DNA of 63,938 nucleotides from Alphaproteobacteria bacterium (GCA_017444525.1 JAFSWL010000019.1:1-63938); one strand, 5' to 3'. Shown: positions 19,857 through 30,361, numbered from the stretch's first letter. Notes: a model not told the origin generated them from the sequence alone. Numbers and translations: made by a program.

Positions 19857-21584
19857 GTGTCATACCAGTTAATGTTTCAAAAAGCGGTTGAACTGCAGCA
19901 AAACGGTGCCTTAAACGAGGCGGAACAAATATACCGGCAGATTCTTGAAACCGCGCCGAACAATGCCGATGTGCTGAACTTGCTCGGGCTGATTGCGCAA
20001 ACTCGCGGCATTCACAATGAAGCCGTCGGTTATTTTTATAAAGCGATTGAAAATGCACCTCAGCACTGGCCGATATTTTTTAATCTAGCCGTTTCTCTCG
20101 GCGCTTTGGGCAAGTTCTTGGAGGCAACAGAGGCTTATCAAAAGGTGTTGTCACTTAAACCGGATTGCAAAGAGGCGCACTTTGGCTTAGGCAATCTCTA
20201 TTGGGCGCAGAATAATCTTGAGGCCGCCAAAGAACAATTTTCCGCCGCACTCAAAATCGATTCTGATTACACGGCAGCGGCGACAAATCTGGCAGAAGTC
20301 AGTGATGATACGGATTCGCTCGAAAAATTGTCTGTTGGCAACCCGCAGGCGCTATATTATCTCGGCCGCCGCTCTTTCAACGCTCGAAATTTTGCCGCTG
20401 CCGCCACATATTTAAGCAAAGCCGACGCACTTTCTGACGATGATGAAATCAAAGCAATGCTCGGCGAATCCGAATTGGCGCTGGAGCATAAAGAAACCGC
20501 ACAAAAACTGTTTTATCAAGCACTCAATCTTAATCCCTATAATCTGACTGCACTGATGAATTTGGCTGATATGGAGGCAGATTCACGCAATTTCAGCGAG
20601 GCGGAAAAATTATATAAACGCGGCATTGAACTCGCGCCGGACAACTTGCGTCTGCACACCAATTATGCCGAAATGCTCTGCCGTAATAAACGTACGCTTG
20701 AAGGCTTGGAAGAATATCGGCAAGCCGTGATTTTGTCGCCGCAAACACCGGAACTCAGCTATAATTTATCCTTGATTTTGAAAAGTCTGGAAGAATATGA
20801 ACAAGCGCTTGACTTAATGTTCCACGCTTTTTATCTGGCGCCGGAACACACCGATTGGAGTCTTAATATTGCCGAAACACTTGTATTGTTTAATGAGCAG
20901 GCTCCGGAAAAAGCGCGTAAAATCTGCGAAAACTGGTATCAGAAAATGCCGGAAAACATTATTGTTCAACATTTATGGTCGGCTATAAATCATCAAATCG
21001 CCGCCAATGAAAGGGAATATAATGAGCTGCTTTTCGACAACTTTGCCGCTACTTATGAACAAACGCTGAAAAATATTAAATATTCGGTGACGGATAAAAT
21101 TGCCGAACTGTATGCGCCGCTAAAAGGGAAGATTCTCGACTTAGGTTGCGGCACCGGTTTGGTTGCGCAAAAACTCAAAACTGTGGATAATGAATTTACC
21201 GGCGTGGATATATCGGCAAAAATGTTGGATTTGGCACGGCAGAAAAATATCTATACCGAGCTTCATCATGCAGATATTTTGGAATATCTGCGCGATTCGC
21301 AGCAAAAATTCGACACCGTCATCTCCGCAGACGTTTTTTGTTACTTTGGTGATTTACGTCCGATTATTGCTGCTGTGTCCCCTACTCGTCTGATTTTCTC
21401 AATAGAAACGGATTCGGCGGCGGAAAAATTTACCATACAAGCCAATGGTCGCTATAAGCATAATCCGCAATATATCGAATTACTGCTGCGCAATTCCGGA
21501 TATACCGAGGTTACGCAAACGGAGCTTGTTTTGCGCCGTGAAAACGGTAAAGATGTAATTGGCTGTATTTTTAACGCCGCATAA
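19857..21584 (+). CDS. TPR-repeat protein with C-terminal SAM-dependent methyltransferase
   Basis: Multiple TPRs; LFDNFAATYE, ILDLGCGTG, ADVFCYFGDL. Confidence 0.9.
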   Translation: MSYQLMFQKAVELQQNGALNEAEQIYRQILETAPNNADVLNLLGLIAQTRGIHNEAVGYFYKAIENAPQHWPIFFNLAVSLGALGKFLEATEAYQKVLSLKPDCKEAHFGLGNLYWAQNNLEAAKEQFSAALKIDSDYTAAATNLAEVSDDTDSLEKLSVGNPQALYYLGRRSFNARNFAAAATYLSKADALSDDDEIKAMLGESELALEHKETAQKLFYQALNLNPYNLTALMNLADMEADSRNFSEAEKLYKRGIELAPDNLRLHTNYAEMLCRNKRTLEGLEEYRQAVILSPQTPELSYNLSLILKSLEEYEQALDLMFHAFYLAPEHTDWSLNIAETLVLFNEQAPEKARKICENWYQKMPENIIVQHLWSAINHQIAANEREYNELLFDNFAATYEQTLKNIKYSVTDKIAELYAPLKGKILDLGCGTGLVAQKLKTVDNEFTGVDISAKMLDLARQKNIYTELHHADILEYLRDSQQKFDTVISADVFCYFGDLRPIIAAVSPTRLIFSIETDSAAEKFTIQANGRYKHNPQYIELLLRNSGYTEVTQTELVLRRENGKDVIGCIFNAA

Positions 21585-21598
21585 TTTCGCCAAGCTAC

Positions 21599-21629
21599 AA
21601 AAAAAGCACTTCCGAAGAAGTGCTTTTTT
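21599..21629. terminator. Bidirectional terminator
   Basis: AAAAAAGCACTT-ccgaag-AAGTGCTTTTTT between convergent genes. Confidence 0.75.
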
Positions 21630-21650
21630 AATTATTTTATGAACTCTGAA

Positions 21651-24293
21651 TTATACCATACCATTACTCTTCATATTTTTCATAATGGCGGCATTCAGAG
21701 CCTGTTCACCGTTACCGGTAGCAGCAGAAGAAGTCTTCTCGGCACCGGCCTCGACAGCAGACCCCGGAATGATTGAACGCTTGCCTTCTTTGATATACTG
21801 GATAGATTTCCCATTAATTTCATTGGATCCGGCATCACTGCTGGTACTGTACCCCTGATCAACGGTAGAGATAACCGCGCCGTCATTAGCATATCCATCT
21901 GGTTTCGCAGCCGGCGGCTCCTCAACTCCCTGATAAATTTCCGTAGGTTCTTCTGCCGGAGGTTCAGGAGCCGGTTCAGGAGCTGGCTTAACAACATTTT
22001 TAACAGCCATTTTAATACGCTCCCAATAACTTACGTGTGCGCAGTTAACATCACCCGGCTGATGTTCCAAATCAGCAGTACCGACATATCGGTTATAGGT
22101 CAAATGATCCAAACTCTTATCTAAGTCATCACCGTGTTCGGTAATGCGATTCAAAACATTACCGATAGATGCTGCTGACACTTCCGGCTTTTCTTCACAG
22201 AAAATAATGTGGTTCAAAGCCTTAATTTCATCAGCATTTGTCCAATAATCAGGTTCACCGTTAACCATGACCGATTGAATCAATTTATCGGATACAAACT
22301 CACCTTTTTCACGCCATGCAATAATGTGCAAATACTTATAAAGACCTTCTCCTACCGGAATATCGCTCGGTAATACACCGTTTTCAACACCCTTTTGCCA
22401 ATTGTCAGCCATTTTCTGAATAACTGCCTCATTATCATCAGGATTGACATTCCAACCAAACATTTTGGCATAGCCCGCAGCCTTCTCTTGTACATGTTCT
22501 AAGACGTAATCAATATGATTTTGCGACATACCGGCTTTCCAGTCAACATGCGTAACTTCAACCGGCTCAACAACCTCATTATCGTTATTTTCAACCGGAG
22601 ATTGGGTTGTTTCCTGCGTATTCTCATTATCCAACGAAGCGAAATGTTCCGGATTATGATCAACACCCATAGCATTATCAGCCGCATGCAAATCATAAAT
22701 ATTATGAGCCATCATATACTCAGCCGCACCAGACATCAAGGCTGTAAGCACCAAAGACGTACCGGCAACTTGCATACCTTTCTTGCTCTCAATGGTTTGA
22801 TCTTCCTTATATTGCTGTCTGGCATCCTTATATTGAATACCGCCGTTAGTTAATGCACCGGCCACACGAATGGTGGAAGCAACACCTCTCGCTGCAGTAG
22901 CAGTTGCTAATGCGCCGACAGCAAACGGAGCTGCAATAGTAACTGCCAAAGCACTACCCCAACCGGCAACCATATTAACTTTTCTTTGTTTTTCAAATCT
23001 CTCTTTTTCTTTTTGATTCGCCATAATTGCCTTATAAGCATTACGAATACCGTTCCAACCCTTCCAGTTAGCGATTTCCTGCTGATTGCCGCTAGCCTTG
23101 GCCGCTTTATAATTAGCATGTTTCTTTTCATAAATTGTCCATTTAGACGGAGCCAACGATTGATAAACACCGTATGCAGCGGCTGCCCCCAAAGCGGCAG
23201 GAACCGAAACTACGGATGCACCGATTAATCCGAGTGTAGCTACACCATTAGTGATACCACGCGCGGTAGAAAAGTATCCGATCAAATCTTTACCGTACTC
23301 AGCCGGAGTTTTACCGCAATGATCCGCAACAAAATTGCTAAACGATTGCAATTTACGCGACAGCCAGTTACCGGATTTTTCTTTGCCGCTTTCTTTTAAC
23401 TTTTCAGCTTTAACCTCCATACGGTCTTTGGTACATTTAACGCTGTTATGGAAGATATTCGCCTTAATCTTAACATCTTTACCATCCATAAAATCTCTCT
23501 GTGCTTTCTCTGCATTTTCCCGATCAGCTGAAGCACCTGTCATCTGCCATAAATCAAGATTAAAGTTTGTTATAACATCTTCTTTTAGCAGTTCCTTTTG
23601 TTCATTTTCGTTTTGGGCGGCAAACTCGGCATCATCCATACGAACCATCGAAACATCGTTCAATACGGCACGCATTTTAGTCAGCCAGATCTCATCTTCA
23701 TTTTCAACCGTAAATCCCTCATCATCAACGATGGCTACCTGTCTGCCGGCATTATTAATTGCATTGGCACACATATTTCTGAATTCATCACTGTTCAGAA
23801 TATTATCAACCTTTTCCGCGTTGGCAACAATCTCATCATCGCTCATACTCGGAGTCTGATGACGTACTTCTTCCTGTTTTTCCTGAATATGATTCAAACG
23901 ATCTGTATCATTTTGCATTGCTTGAATTGCTTCAATCTGTTCCGGATTCTCTCTCATTTCCGGAAGTTCGCTAAAGATTTTCATTGCTTCTGCTTGCAAT
24001 TCCTGACGGTTACCATATCCTTTATAATCATTCAAAAACTCGGCAATCTTTTGTAATTCAGCCGTGTCATTATTAGCGCGCGCTTCATCGGCGCGATATA
24101 ATGCGTTCAATACTTTCAGCATCGGACGATTATCTTCAAAATCCTTAATGGTTGCCAATACGGCGTTATCCGAATCATGACGCTTTAAATATCTTATCGC
24201 TTGATCCAATTCGGCACCATAGGCATACGACTGAATAATTTTTTCTGCGTTTTTGATTTTCTCTTCAACCGCAGTATTTCTTGTGTTTGCCAT
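21651..24293 (-). CDS. Large hypothetical protein with charged helical N-terminus, central hydrophobic segments and Pro/Glu-rich region
   Basis: 880-aa ORF, AAGGAG RBS before MANTRN; no signal peptide. Confidence 0.8.
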   Translation of the reverse strand: MANTRNTAVEEKIKNAEKIIQSYAYGAELDQAIRYLKRHDSDNAVLATIKDFEDNRPMLKVLNALYRADEARANNDTAELQKIAEFLNDYKGYGNRQELQAEAMKIFSELPEMRENPEQIEAIQAMQNDTDRLNHIQEKQEEVRHQTPSMSDDEIVANAEKVDNILNSDEFRNMCANAINNAGRQVAIVDDEGFTVENEDEIWLTKMRAVLNDVSMVRMDDAEFAAQNENEQKELLKEDVITNFNLDLWQMTGASADRENAEKAQRDFMDGKDVKIKANIFHNSVKCTKDRMEVKAEKLKESGKEKSGNWLSRKLQSFSNFVADHCGKTPAEYGKDLIGYFSTARGITNGVATLGLIGASVVSVPAALGAAAAYGVYQSLAPSKWTIYEKKHANYKAAKASGNQQEIANWKGWNGIRNAYKAIMANQKEKERFEKQRKVNMVAGWGSALAVTIAAPFAVGALATATAARGVASTIRVAGALTNGGIQYKDARQQYKEDQTIESKKGMQVAGTSLVLTALMSGAAEYMMAHNIYDLHAADNAMGVDHNPEHFASLDNENTQETTQSPVENNDNEVVEPVEVTHVDWKAGMSQNHIDYVLEHVQEKAAGYAKMFGWNVNPDDNEAVIQKMADNWQKGVENGVLPSDIPVGEGLYKYLHIIAWREKGEFVSDKLIQSVMVNGEPDYWTNADEIKALNHIIFCEEKPEVSAASIGNVLNRITEHGDDLDKSLDHLTYNRYVGTADLEHQPGDVNCAHVSYWERIKMAVKNVVKPAPEPAPEPPAEEPTEIYQGVEEPPAAKPDGYANDGAVISTVDQGYSTSSDAGSNEINGKSIQYIKEGKRSIIPGSAVEAGAEKTSSAATGNGEQALNAAIMKNMKSNGMV

Positions 24294-24550
24294 TTTTTTA
24301 AACTCCTTTAAGTGCATTTTTCGTCATTATTTCTGCGTTGACTATACACCCATTTTTACTATTTTGCAACACTTTTTTGTCGAAAAATGCATTTTTTTTT
24401 GATTTTTTTTTCAAATATCTCGCAACAGCCTTATTTTTAGGCATTTTGACAAATTGAAAAAAATCATTTTTATACTCTAAAATAAAAAAATCTTGCTTTA
24501 TCTGCGCGAACATAATATAACTGCGACAATATATTATATAGGAAAAAGTA

Positions 24551-25633
24551 ATGAAAGTGGATTTATTTGATTTTGACTTGGATAAAGAACTGATTGCCAA
24601 ACAGCCGGCGAATCCGCGTGATTCGTCGCGGCTCTTGGACTTGTCGGAAGAAAACATCATTACCGACCGCCATTTTTATGATTTGCCGAAGATTCTTAAG
24701 TCAGGTGACGTGATGGTATTTAATGACACCAAAGTCATTCCGGCTCGGCTTTACGGTAAACGCGGCGAAGCTATGGTTGAAGTTACGTTATATCATCCTG
24801 ATGACGGCATTCGTTGGTGGTCATTTATCAAAAATTCCAAACGTTTGCATGAAGGAGACACGATTCGTTTTTACACTTCAGATACGCGTGCCGAAGAGTC
24901 CGATTTTTCCGCCGACATTTTGCAAAAAGACTCTGAAGACGGGGTGCTTATAAAATTTAATTGTGATCCGGATAAATTGGGCGCGATGCTGGAAAAATAC
25001 GGTTCAATGCCGTTGCCTCCGTACATCAAACGTGACAAACCTTTAGCAGGTTTATGGAATCCGTATAACGACAAAGAAAACTACCAAACCGTTTATGCCA
25101 AATACGAAGGCGCGGTTGCCGCTCCTACCGCCGGCCTGCACTTTACGGACCGTCTTTTGAAAGAAATCGACGATATGGGTGTTAAGCGCGTATTTTTAAC
25201 TCTGCACGTCGGCGCAGGTACTTTTCTGCCGGTCAAAACCGAAGACACCGAAAATCATAAAATGCATGCTGAATACGGTATTATCTCTCAAGAAACTGTG
25301 GACATCATCAATCAGGCCAAAAAAGAAGGACGGCGCATAATTGCCGTGGGTACGACTTCGGTGCGTCTTTTGGAAAGCGCTGCCGATGATAAAGGAATCC
25401 TGCATCCGTTCTGCGGTGAAACCGATATTTTCATTACTCCGGGCTATAAATTTAAGATTCTTGATATGATAATAACCAATTTTCACTTGCCTAAATCAAC
25501 TTTATTCATGCTGATTTGCGCCATTGCCGGTACCGAAAGAATGAAAGCGGCCTATGCTCATGCCATTGCCGAGCGCTATCGTTTTTATTCTTACGGCGAC
25601 AGTTCAATTTTAAAATGTATAAATAAAATTTAA
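24551..25633 (+). CDS. queA: S-adenosylmethionine:tRNA ribosyltransferase-isomerase
   Basis: FNDTKVIPARL, PLPPYI, AAPTAGLHF, LHVGAGTF, TNFHLPKSTL, YRFYSYGD. Confidence 0.97.
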   Translation: MKVDLFDFDLDKELIAKQPANPRDSSRLLDLSEENIITDRHFYDLPKILKSGDVMVFNDTKVIPARLYGKRGEAMVEVTLYHPDDGIRWWSFIKNSKRLHEGDTIRFYTSDTRAEESDFSADILQKDSEDGVLIKFNCDPDKLGAMLEKYGSMPLPPYIKRDKPLAGLWNPYNDKENYQTVYAKYEGAVAAPTAGLHFTDRLLKEIDDMGVKRVFLTLHVGAGTFLPVKTEDTENHKMHAEYGIISQETVDIINQAKKEGRRIIAVGTTSVRLLESAADDKGILHPFCGETDIFITPGYKFKILDMIITNFHLPKSTLFMLICAIAGTERMKAAYAHAIAERYRFYSYGDSSILKCINKI

Positions 25634-25675
25634 ACTCTTTTATGCTACACTCCTCATACAAAGGAGAAGCCTAAA

Positions 25676-26848
25676 GTGTTCATAAAGTCGGCATCAAACA
25701 TCAAATACATCTTTTCAACCATTAAAAGCTCATTTTTACCGGCTTTTCTGCTACTGGCCGGACTAATTTCTTTTTATATGCAGAATCCATATACCGACGG
25801 CTGGAACCTCACTTTGCACTATATGTTTTTTACGGCAACGGCCATCAATTTGATACTGCTGTTTGTTTCTAACCGTTCCAAACCCATGTTCAGTATGTTA
25901 CTTGGAGTCGTCTGCTATATTATCATCAACAATCTTAAAATACGATACGGTGATAATTACGCCGCAACATCGGAGTTCTGCTGTCTGTGCTTTATTTTGC
26001 CGATAAACTTTGTATTCTTATATTTTCTGCCGCAATCACAATTACACACAAAACGCAATTGTTTTTTATTACTTGGTTTATTGTTTCAAGCCACGATATT
26101 ATCACACATACACCCTTTCTTCAGCATGTTACCGCATATCGATATAGCACTTGAAGCCATACCGTTATGGGCTTGTATGTTCTGGATTATTTTATTGACT
26201 CCGCTCGCCATCAACATCAGTTTCAAAAACACCATAATCAACACCGGTTTATTTTATGCCGATGCCAGTTTGTTTATGGGACTTATATATTCGGCATATC
26301 CGTCAGGATTGACAACTTTCTTTCTCGGGTTCGCTCTCATACTTTTATGCGTTACCATTTTGGATATTTACCGCAGTTTACACTATGATTACTTGGAAAA
26401 TGTCGGTAGTAAAGCAGCCTACATACATCATGCCAATTCCAAATTTCCGTTCAAATACACTATTGCATTATTCAGTATTGATAATCGTGATAAACTGATT
26501 GCCGCCATCGGGGCTTCACAATGCCGAATCCTTGATCAAATGGTGGTTAACCGCATTTTGGAAATGCCATACAAATTCAGCATCTATCGCTATAACGAAT
26601 CCGAACTGATTATGGTGTTCAAAAATGAAGATGCCCGACACGTCAAAGAATTTGCCGACAACATTCGCCGCAGTATTGCGGCATCGGAATTTATATTTGC
26701 CTCACGTAAAAGTGTAAAAATTACTATTTCCGTCTGTGTATCCGAAAAAACGCGCAAAGATTTGGACGCAGCAGAAGTTACCGAACGTACCCATAACGCA
26801 TTACACAAAAATTACCGCTTTAATTGCAATATCATCTCCGTTGTTTAA
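25676..26848 (+). CDS. Membrane protein with degenerate GGDEF domain
   Basis: Multiple TMs then GGDEF-like fold; RYNESEL in place of RYGGEEF. Confidence 0.65.
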   Translation: MFIKSASNIKYIFSTIKSSFLPAFLLLAGLISFYMQNPYTDGWNLTLHYMFFTATAINLILLFVSNRSKPMFSMLLGVVCYIIINNLKIRYGDNYAATSEFCCLCFILPINFVFLYFLPQSQLHTKRNCFLLLGLLFQATILSHIHPFFSMLPHIDIALEAIPLWACMFWIILLTPLAINISFKNTIINTGLFYADASLFMGLIYSAYPSGLTTFFLGFALILLCVTILDIYRSLHYDYLENVGSKAAYIHHANSKFPFKYTIALFSIDNRDKLIAAIGASQCRILDQMVVNRILEMPYKFSIYRYNESELIMVFKNEDARHVKEFADNIRRSIAASEFIFASRKSVKITISVCVSEKTRKDLDAAEVTERTHNALHKNYRFNCNIISVV

Positions 26849-27650
26849 CTACTTTTATTAATAGCTGAACAATATGCCGCCCGCATAACCACATTCCCAA
26901 AAGTGTAATCGGAATGGATAGCCACTGTCCCATAGTTAAACCCAACCACAAAAATCCCAACTGTGCATCAGGTTCTCGATATTGTTCAACAACTAAACGA
27001 CAAAGCGCATATCCAAGCAAAAACATCCCAGATATAAAACCGGTATGTTCACGGCACCACTTGTTGCGCCACATAAAATTCAGCACCGCAAACAAACATA
27101 TCCCCTCAAGACATGCCTCATAAATCTGCGACGGATGCCGCGGCAAATATCCTCCGCGCGGAAAACGTACTGCCCATGCCACATCAGTTACACGTCCCCA
27201 AAGCTCATCATTAATAAAATTAGCCAATCTGCCTAAGAATATACCTACCGGAACTACAGGTGACACCAAATCAGTTAATTTCAAAAACGGGTATTTTATC
27301 ATTTTTGCAAAAATAAACAGGGCGACGATTACTCCGATTATGCCGCCGTGAAAAGACATCCCGCCATGCCAAATCGCCAGCATCTCCCACGGATTCTGCA
27401 AATATTGTGCTCCGTTATAAAACAGGATATAGCCGATTCGACCGCCGAGAATAATTCCAAGTGTGACAGCAAATGCCGCATCTTCACAATTTTGTTTTGT
27501 CAGCCCGAGATTATATTTTTTAATTCTGACGGAGGCTAGCCACCACCCGAACAAAATACCTAACAAATAAGCCATGGAATACCACCTGACCGCTATCGGC
27601 CCGATTGAAAAGAATATCGGTGATATTTCCGGATATGCCAAACCAACCAT
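26832..27650 (-). CDS. lgt: Prolipoprotein diacylglyceryl transferase
   Basis: GGRIGY, GGMSFHGG, GRLANFIN.EL.GR, HPSQIYE, REPD. Confidence 0.96.
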   Translation of the reverse strand: MVGLAYPEISPIFFSIGPIAVRWYSMAYLLGILFGWWLASVRIKKYNLGLTKQNCEDAAFAVTLGIILGGRIGYILFYNGAQYLQNPWEMLAIWHGGMSFHGGIIGVIVALFIFAKMIKYPFLKLTDLVSPVVPVGIFLGRLANFINDELWGRVTDVAWAVRFPRGGYLPRHPSQIYEACLEGICLFAVLNFMWRNKWCREHTGFISGMFLLGYALCRLVVEQYREPDAQLGFLWLGLTMGQWLSIPITLLGMWLCGRHIVQLLIKVVKQRR

Positions 27651-27885
27651 TTTGTCCCCCTTACAACGAATTGCTTAAAAGTATATTAAGAAAAAACAGA
27701 TAATCCACATATAAAAAATTATTATAAACACCTTTATTTTTAACCATCTGAAAAAACACATTTTTTTCTGATGAATTTAAAAAAAATTTTTTTTATGTGC
27801 AAAAAAAGGAAAAGTTAACGTTAAAAATTGAATTTTATCGAAAAATTATATCATCATTAATTTAATCAATGACAGGAAAAAGTAA

Positions 27886-28362
27886 ATGCTGGCAGAAAAT
27901 TTATATAACTTCAATCCCATTGACGATATTGAGTATCTGTTTGCCGAACGGCAGCATTCCACCGAACGCCGTAACAATCATGAAGTTGTGGTAGAAATAT
28001 CCGGAAAGTGGGATAATATGCTGTTTTTCTTTGCTTGGGAAGAAGATATGCATTGTCTGCATATTTCTTGCCTTATCAATCTTGAGCCGGAAAATATTTA
28101 TACACCGAGCATTTTTGAGTTATTAGCACTGCTGAATGAAGATTTGTGGGTGGGATATTTTTCTTATTGGGAAGAAATGCAAATGCCCGTATTCAAGCAT
28201 TCCGTCATTATTGATGAGAAAGACACAAACATTCTGCCTAAACTGCAGCAAATTCTCGATATTGCCATTACCGAATGTGAACGAGCCTATCCGATTTTTC
28301 ATGCTGTATTCAAACAAAACATCAGTCCGCGCAAAGCTCTGATGCCGACGGTTCTGATGTAA
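27886..28362 (+). CDS. YbjN/DUF1790-like protein
   Basis: NPIDDIE, LLALLNEDLWVGYF, ECERAYP pattern of the alphaproteobacterial family. Confidence 0.75.
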   Translation: MLAENLYNFNPIDDIEYLFAERQHSTERRNNHEVVVEISGKWDNMLFFFAWEEDMHCLHISCLINLEPENIYTPSIFELLALLNEDLWVGYFSYWEEMQMPVFKHSVIIDEKDTNILPKLQQILDIAITECERAYPIFHAVFKQNISPRKALMPTVLM

Positions 28363-29101
28363 TTTCACGCCATTTTATCAGACATTTGGCTAATTCATCC
28401 CCGCTTTTTTCATCGCGGATAATATGCATACTCTCTGCCTGGTTTTGTTTTGTTTCCACACGGATTTTCTCACCGAAAAGCGCTTCTTTTTTAAAGTTCA
28501 GCTCAATCTCGGTTGGCAAGTGCGACATACGATATTTACTGTCCGTACTTTCACTAGCCCAAACCGGATACACTGCATTGTTGACATGATTATTGACATC
28601 AATATCATCAAAACGCACCGCAAATTCTTTTATAAAGTCCGGATTCTCAATTTCAGGCAGTTTATGAAAATCTTCATTCATAACCCTCTCGTCCAAAAAA
28701 TGATATTCCGGAAAATATTTACTTAAAGCTACCGGACGACGCCGTTCATAATCTATTAGTACCCATTGACTCGAGGCACACGCAATAACATTACCTTCTT
28801 TATCTTTTATATTAAAATTACGCACTGCACCCCATAATTTGCCTGCTGCCGGCCAGGTTTCTATAATAAAATGTTCATCGATTTGCGGCAATCTTTTAAT
28901 TTTTATTAAATAGTTAGAGCCGACCCATGTCAGGTTATGTTTATGGCACTCGACGAAGCCAAACCCCAAAGCATCGGCATTTTCACAAGCGATATCTTGC
29001 AAAATATTCATCAATGTCAGAATACGCAAAAAGCCATGACAATCCGCCTCATAGCTTTTTACATTATATTCTTTAGCATATTTAGTAACTTCAATCGACA
29101 T
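28322..29101 (-). CDS. Acyl-ACP thioesterase
   Basis: VKSYEAD, VRFDDIDVNNHVNNAVY. Confidence 0.9.
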   Translation of the reverse strand: MSIEVTKYAKEYNVKSYEADCHGFLRILTLMNILQDIACENADALGFGFVECHKHNLTWVGSNYLIKIKRLPQIDEHFIIETWPAAGKLWGAVRNFNIKDKEGNVIACASSQWVLIDYERRRPVALSKYFPEYHFLDERVMNEDFHKLPEIENPDFIKEFAVRFDDIDVNNHVNNAVYPVWASESTDSKYRMSHLPTEIELNFKKEALFGEKIRVETKQNQAESMHIIRDEKSGDELAKCLIKWREITSEPSASELCAD

Positions 29102-29104
29102 TAT

Positions 29105-29713
29105 CTAAAACAATGTATTACCAATCGATAATCCCGCGACCTTATAAGTCTCAAAACGTTTCTCCAAACGGCTGGCATAAATAGCCCCCTCGGCCGAATT
29201 GCCAGAATGATAACTTTCAGCGGCACGCTTCCAGTTGTTACCATTACGCGAATAAAGCGTACGTAAAAACTTCGCACTGTAACGTACATTGTTTTGCGGA
29301 TCCATTGCATCTTCGAGCGAAGAAAATTCCTTACCGTGAAATTTCATATTCACTTGCATACAACCGACATCAATGCTCGTTACTCCGCTGCCAATAAACT
29401 TCTTTGCCGCAGCAATGGCCTCTTCTTTGGTTTTGAAATAATATCCGCGTCCTTTGGCATTAACCGTCCACGGCCAAGCCACATAGGCATTATGAAACTC
29501 ATTCCATACGCCACTTTCCACCGCTGCTATTGTCTGAAGTAAATCAAAACTCACACCGTAGTCGGCACCTGCTTGCTTAGCTGCCGCCAAACAAAGAGAG
29601 CTGTCAGAAACTCGCTCTTTAACCGATGGCATATCAGCATCTTCGTTAGCATAAATAGCACCGCTCAACAATACGCAGACACTAAACAATATAATTGCAA
29701 ACTTATTTAACAC
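29105..29713 (-). CDS. Lytic transglycosylase (SLT domain)
   Basis: IAAVESG, WPWTVN, SIDVGCMQVN, YHS. Confidence 0.9.
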   Translation of the reverse strand: MLNKFAIILFSVCVLLSGAIYANEDADMPSVKERVSDSSLCLAAAKQAGADYGVSFDLLQTIAAVESGVWNEFHNAYVAWPWTVNAKGRGYYFKTKEEAIAAAKKFIGSGVTSIDVGCMQVNMKFHGKEFSSLEDAMDPQNNVRYSAKFLRTLYSRNGNNWKRAAESYHSGNSAEGAIYASRLEKRFETYKVAGLSIGNTLF

Positions 29714-29825
29714 GATGACGTGTAACCTCTTACTGCTGCCGCGATGTCAACAATCTTCCCTTCTTTTAGGAATTTCGGATTGTTTTGCAACCTGATGCCG
29801 ACAACATCGACAGTATTAACCGCTT

Positions 29826-29861
29826 TTAACCACTTATTAAAATACATTAACAAATCGTTAA
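29826..29861. promoter_or_regulatory. Two candidate CtrA boxes
   Basis: TTAA-N7-TTAA at 29826-29840 and 29847-29861, upstream of the SLT gene. Confidence 0.45.
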
Positions 29862-30064
29862 ACACGAGTCATATAGCATGCCTTTTTTTAAAAATCCAGT
29901 AAAAAACGTATTTTATGCTTAAATTAATCATTAAAATAATGATAACATATTGTTTTTACGAAAATTAATTACACATAAAAATTAATTAAAATGCAGTCTA
30001 TTCATAAAATATTTTATGTAAAAATTCCATCTTGATATTTTTAAAAGAAGCTTTATATTAATAA

Positions 30065-30361
30065 GCGTCAGGAAACTGACTGTGACACCAGAGACCTTAT
30101 GAAATAGATGCGTCGGACCCGAGGGCAGTACTCGGCACCTCCACCATTTATGGGGGTGAAACAGGATTGACGGTGTATAGTAAAGATATGTGTTGTGTCC
30201 GGTGAGATACCACCGTTATCGGTTCAAATTAAATAAACGCAAATGATAATTTTGCACCTGTTGCCATCGCTGCGTAATGCGGCAAACGCAACAAACTTCA
30301 ATTCTTTAAGCTTTGGTTAGCATAAAGTGGGGCTGAGCCACCTAGCAACAGAACGGCTCGC
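30065..30361 (+). ncRNA. ssrA: Two-piece (permuted) tmRNA; tag ANDNFAPVAIAA
   Basis: Acceptor piece ends CACCTCCACCA at 30146; GGGGGTG restarts at 30152 (G3-U pair); GGCAGTA T-loop; tag ORF 30239-30277; outer ends approximate. Confidence 0.93.
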
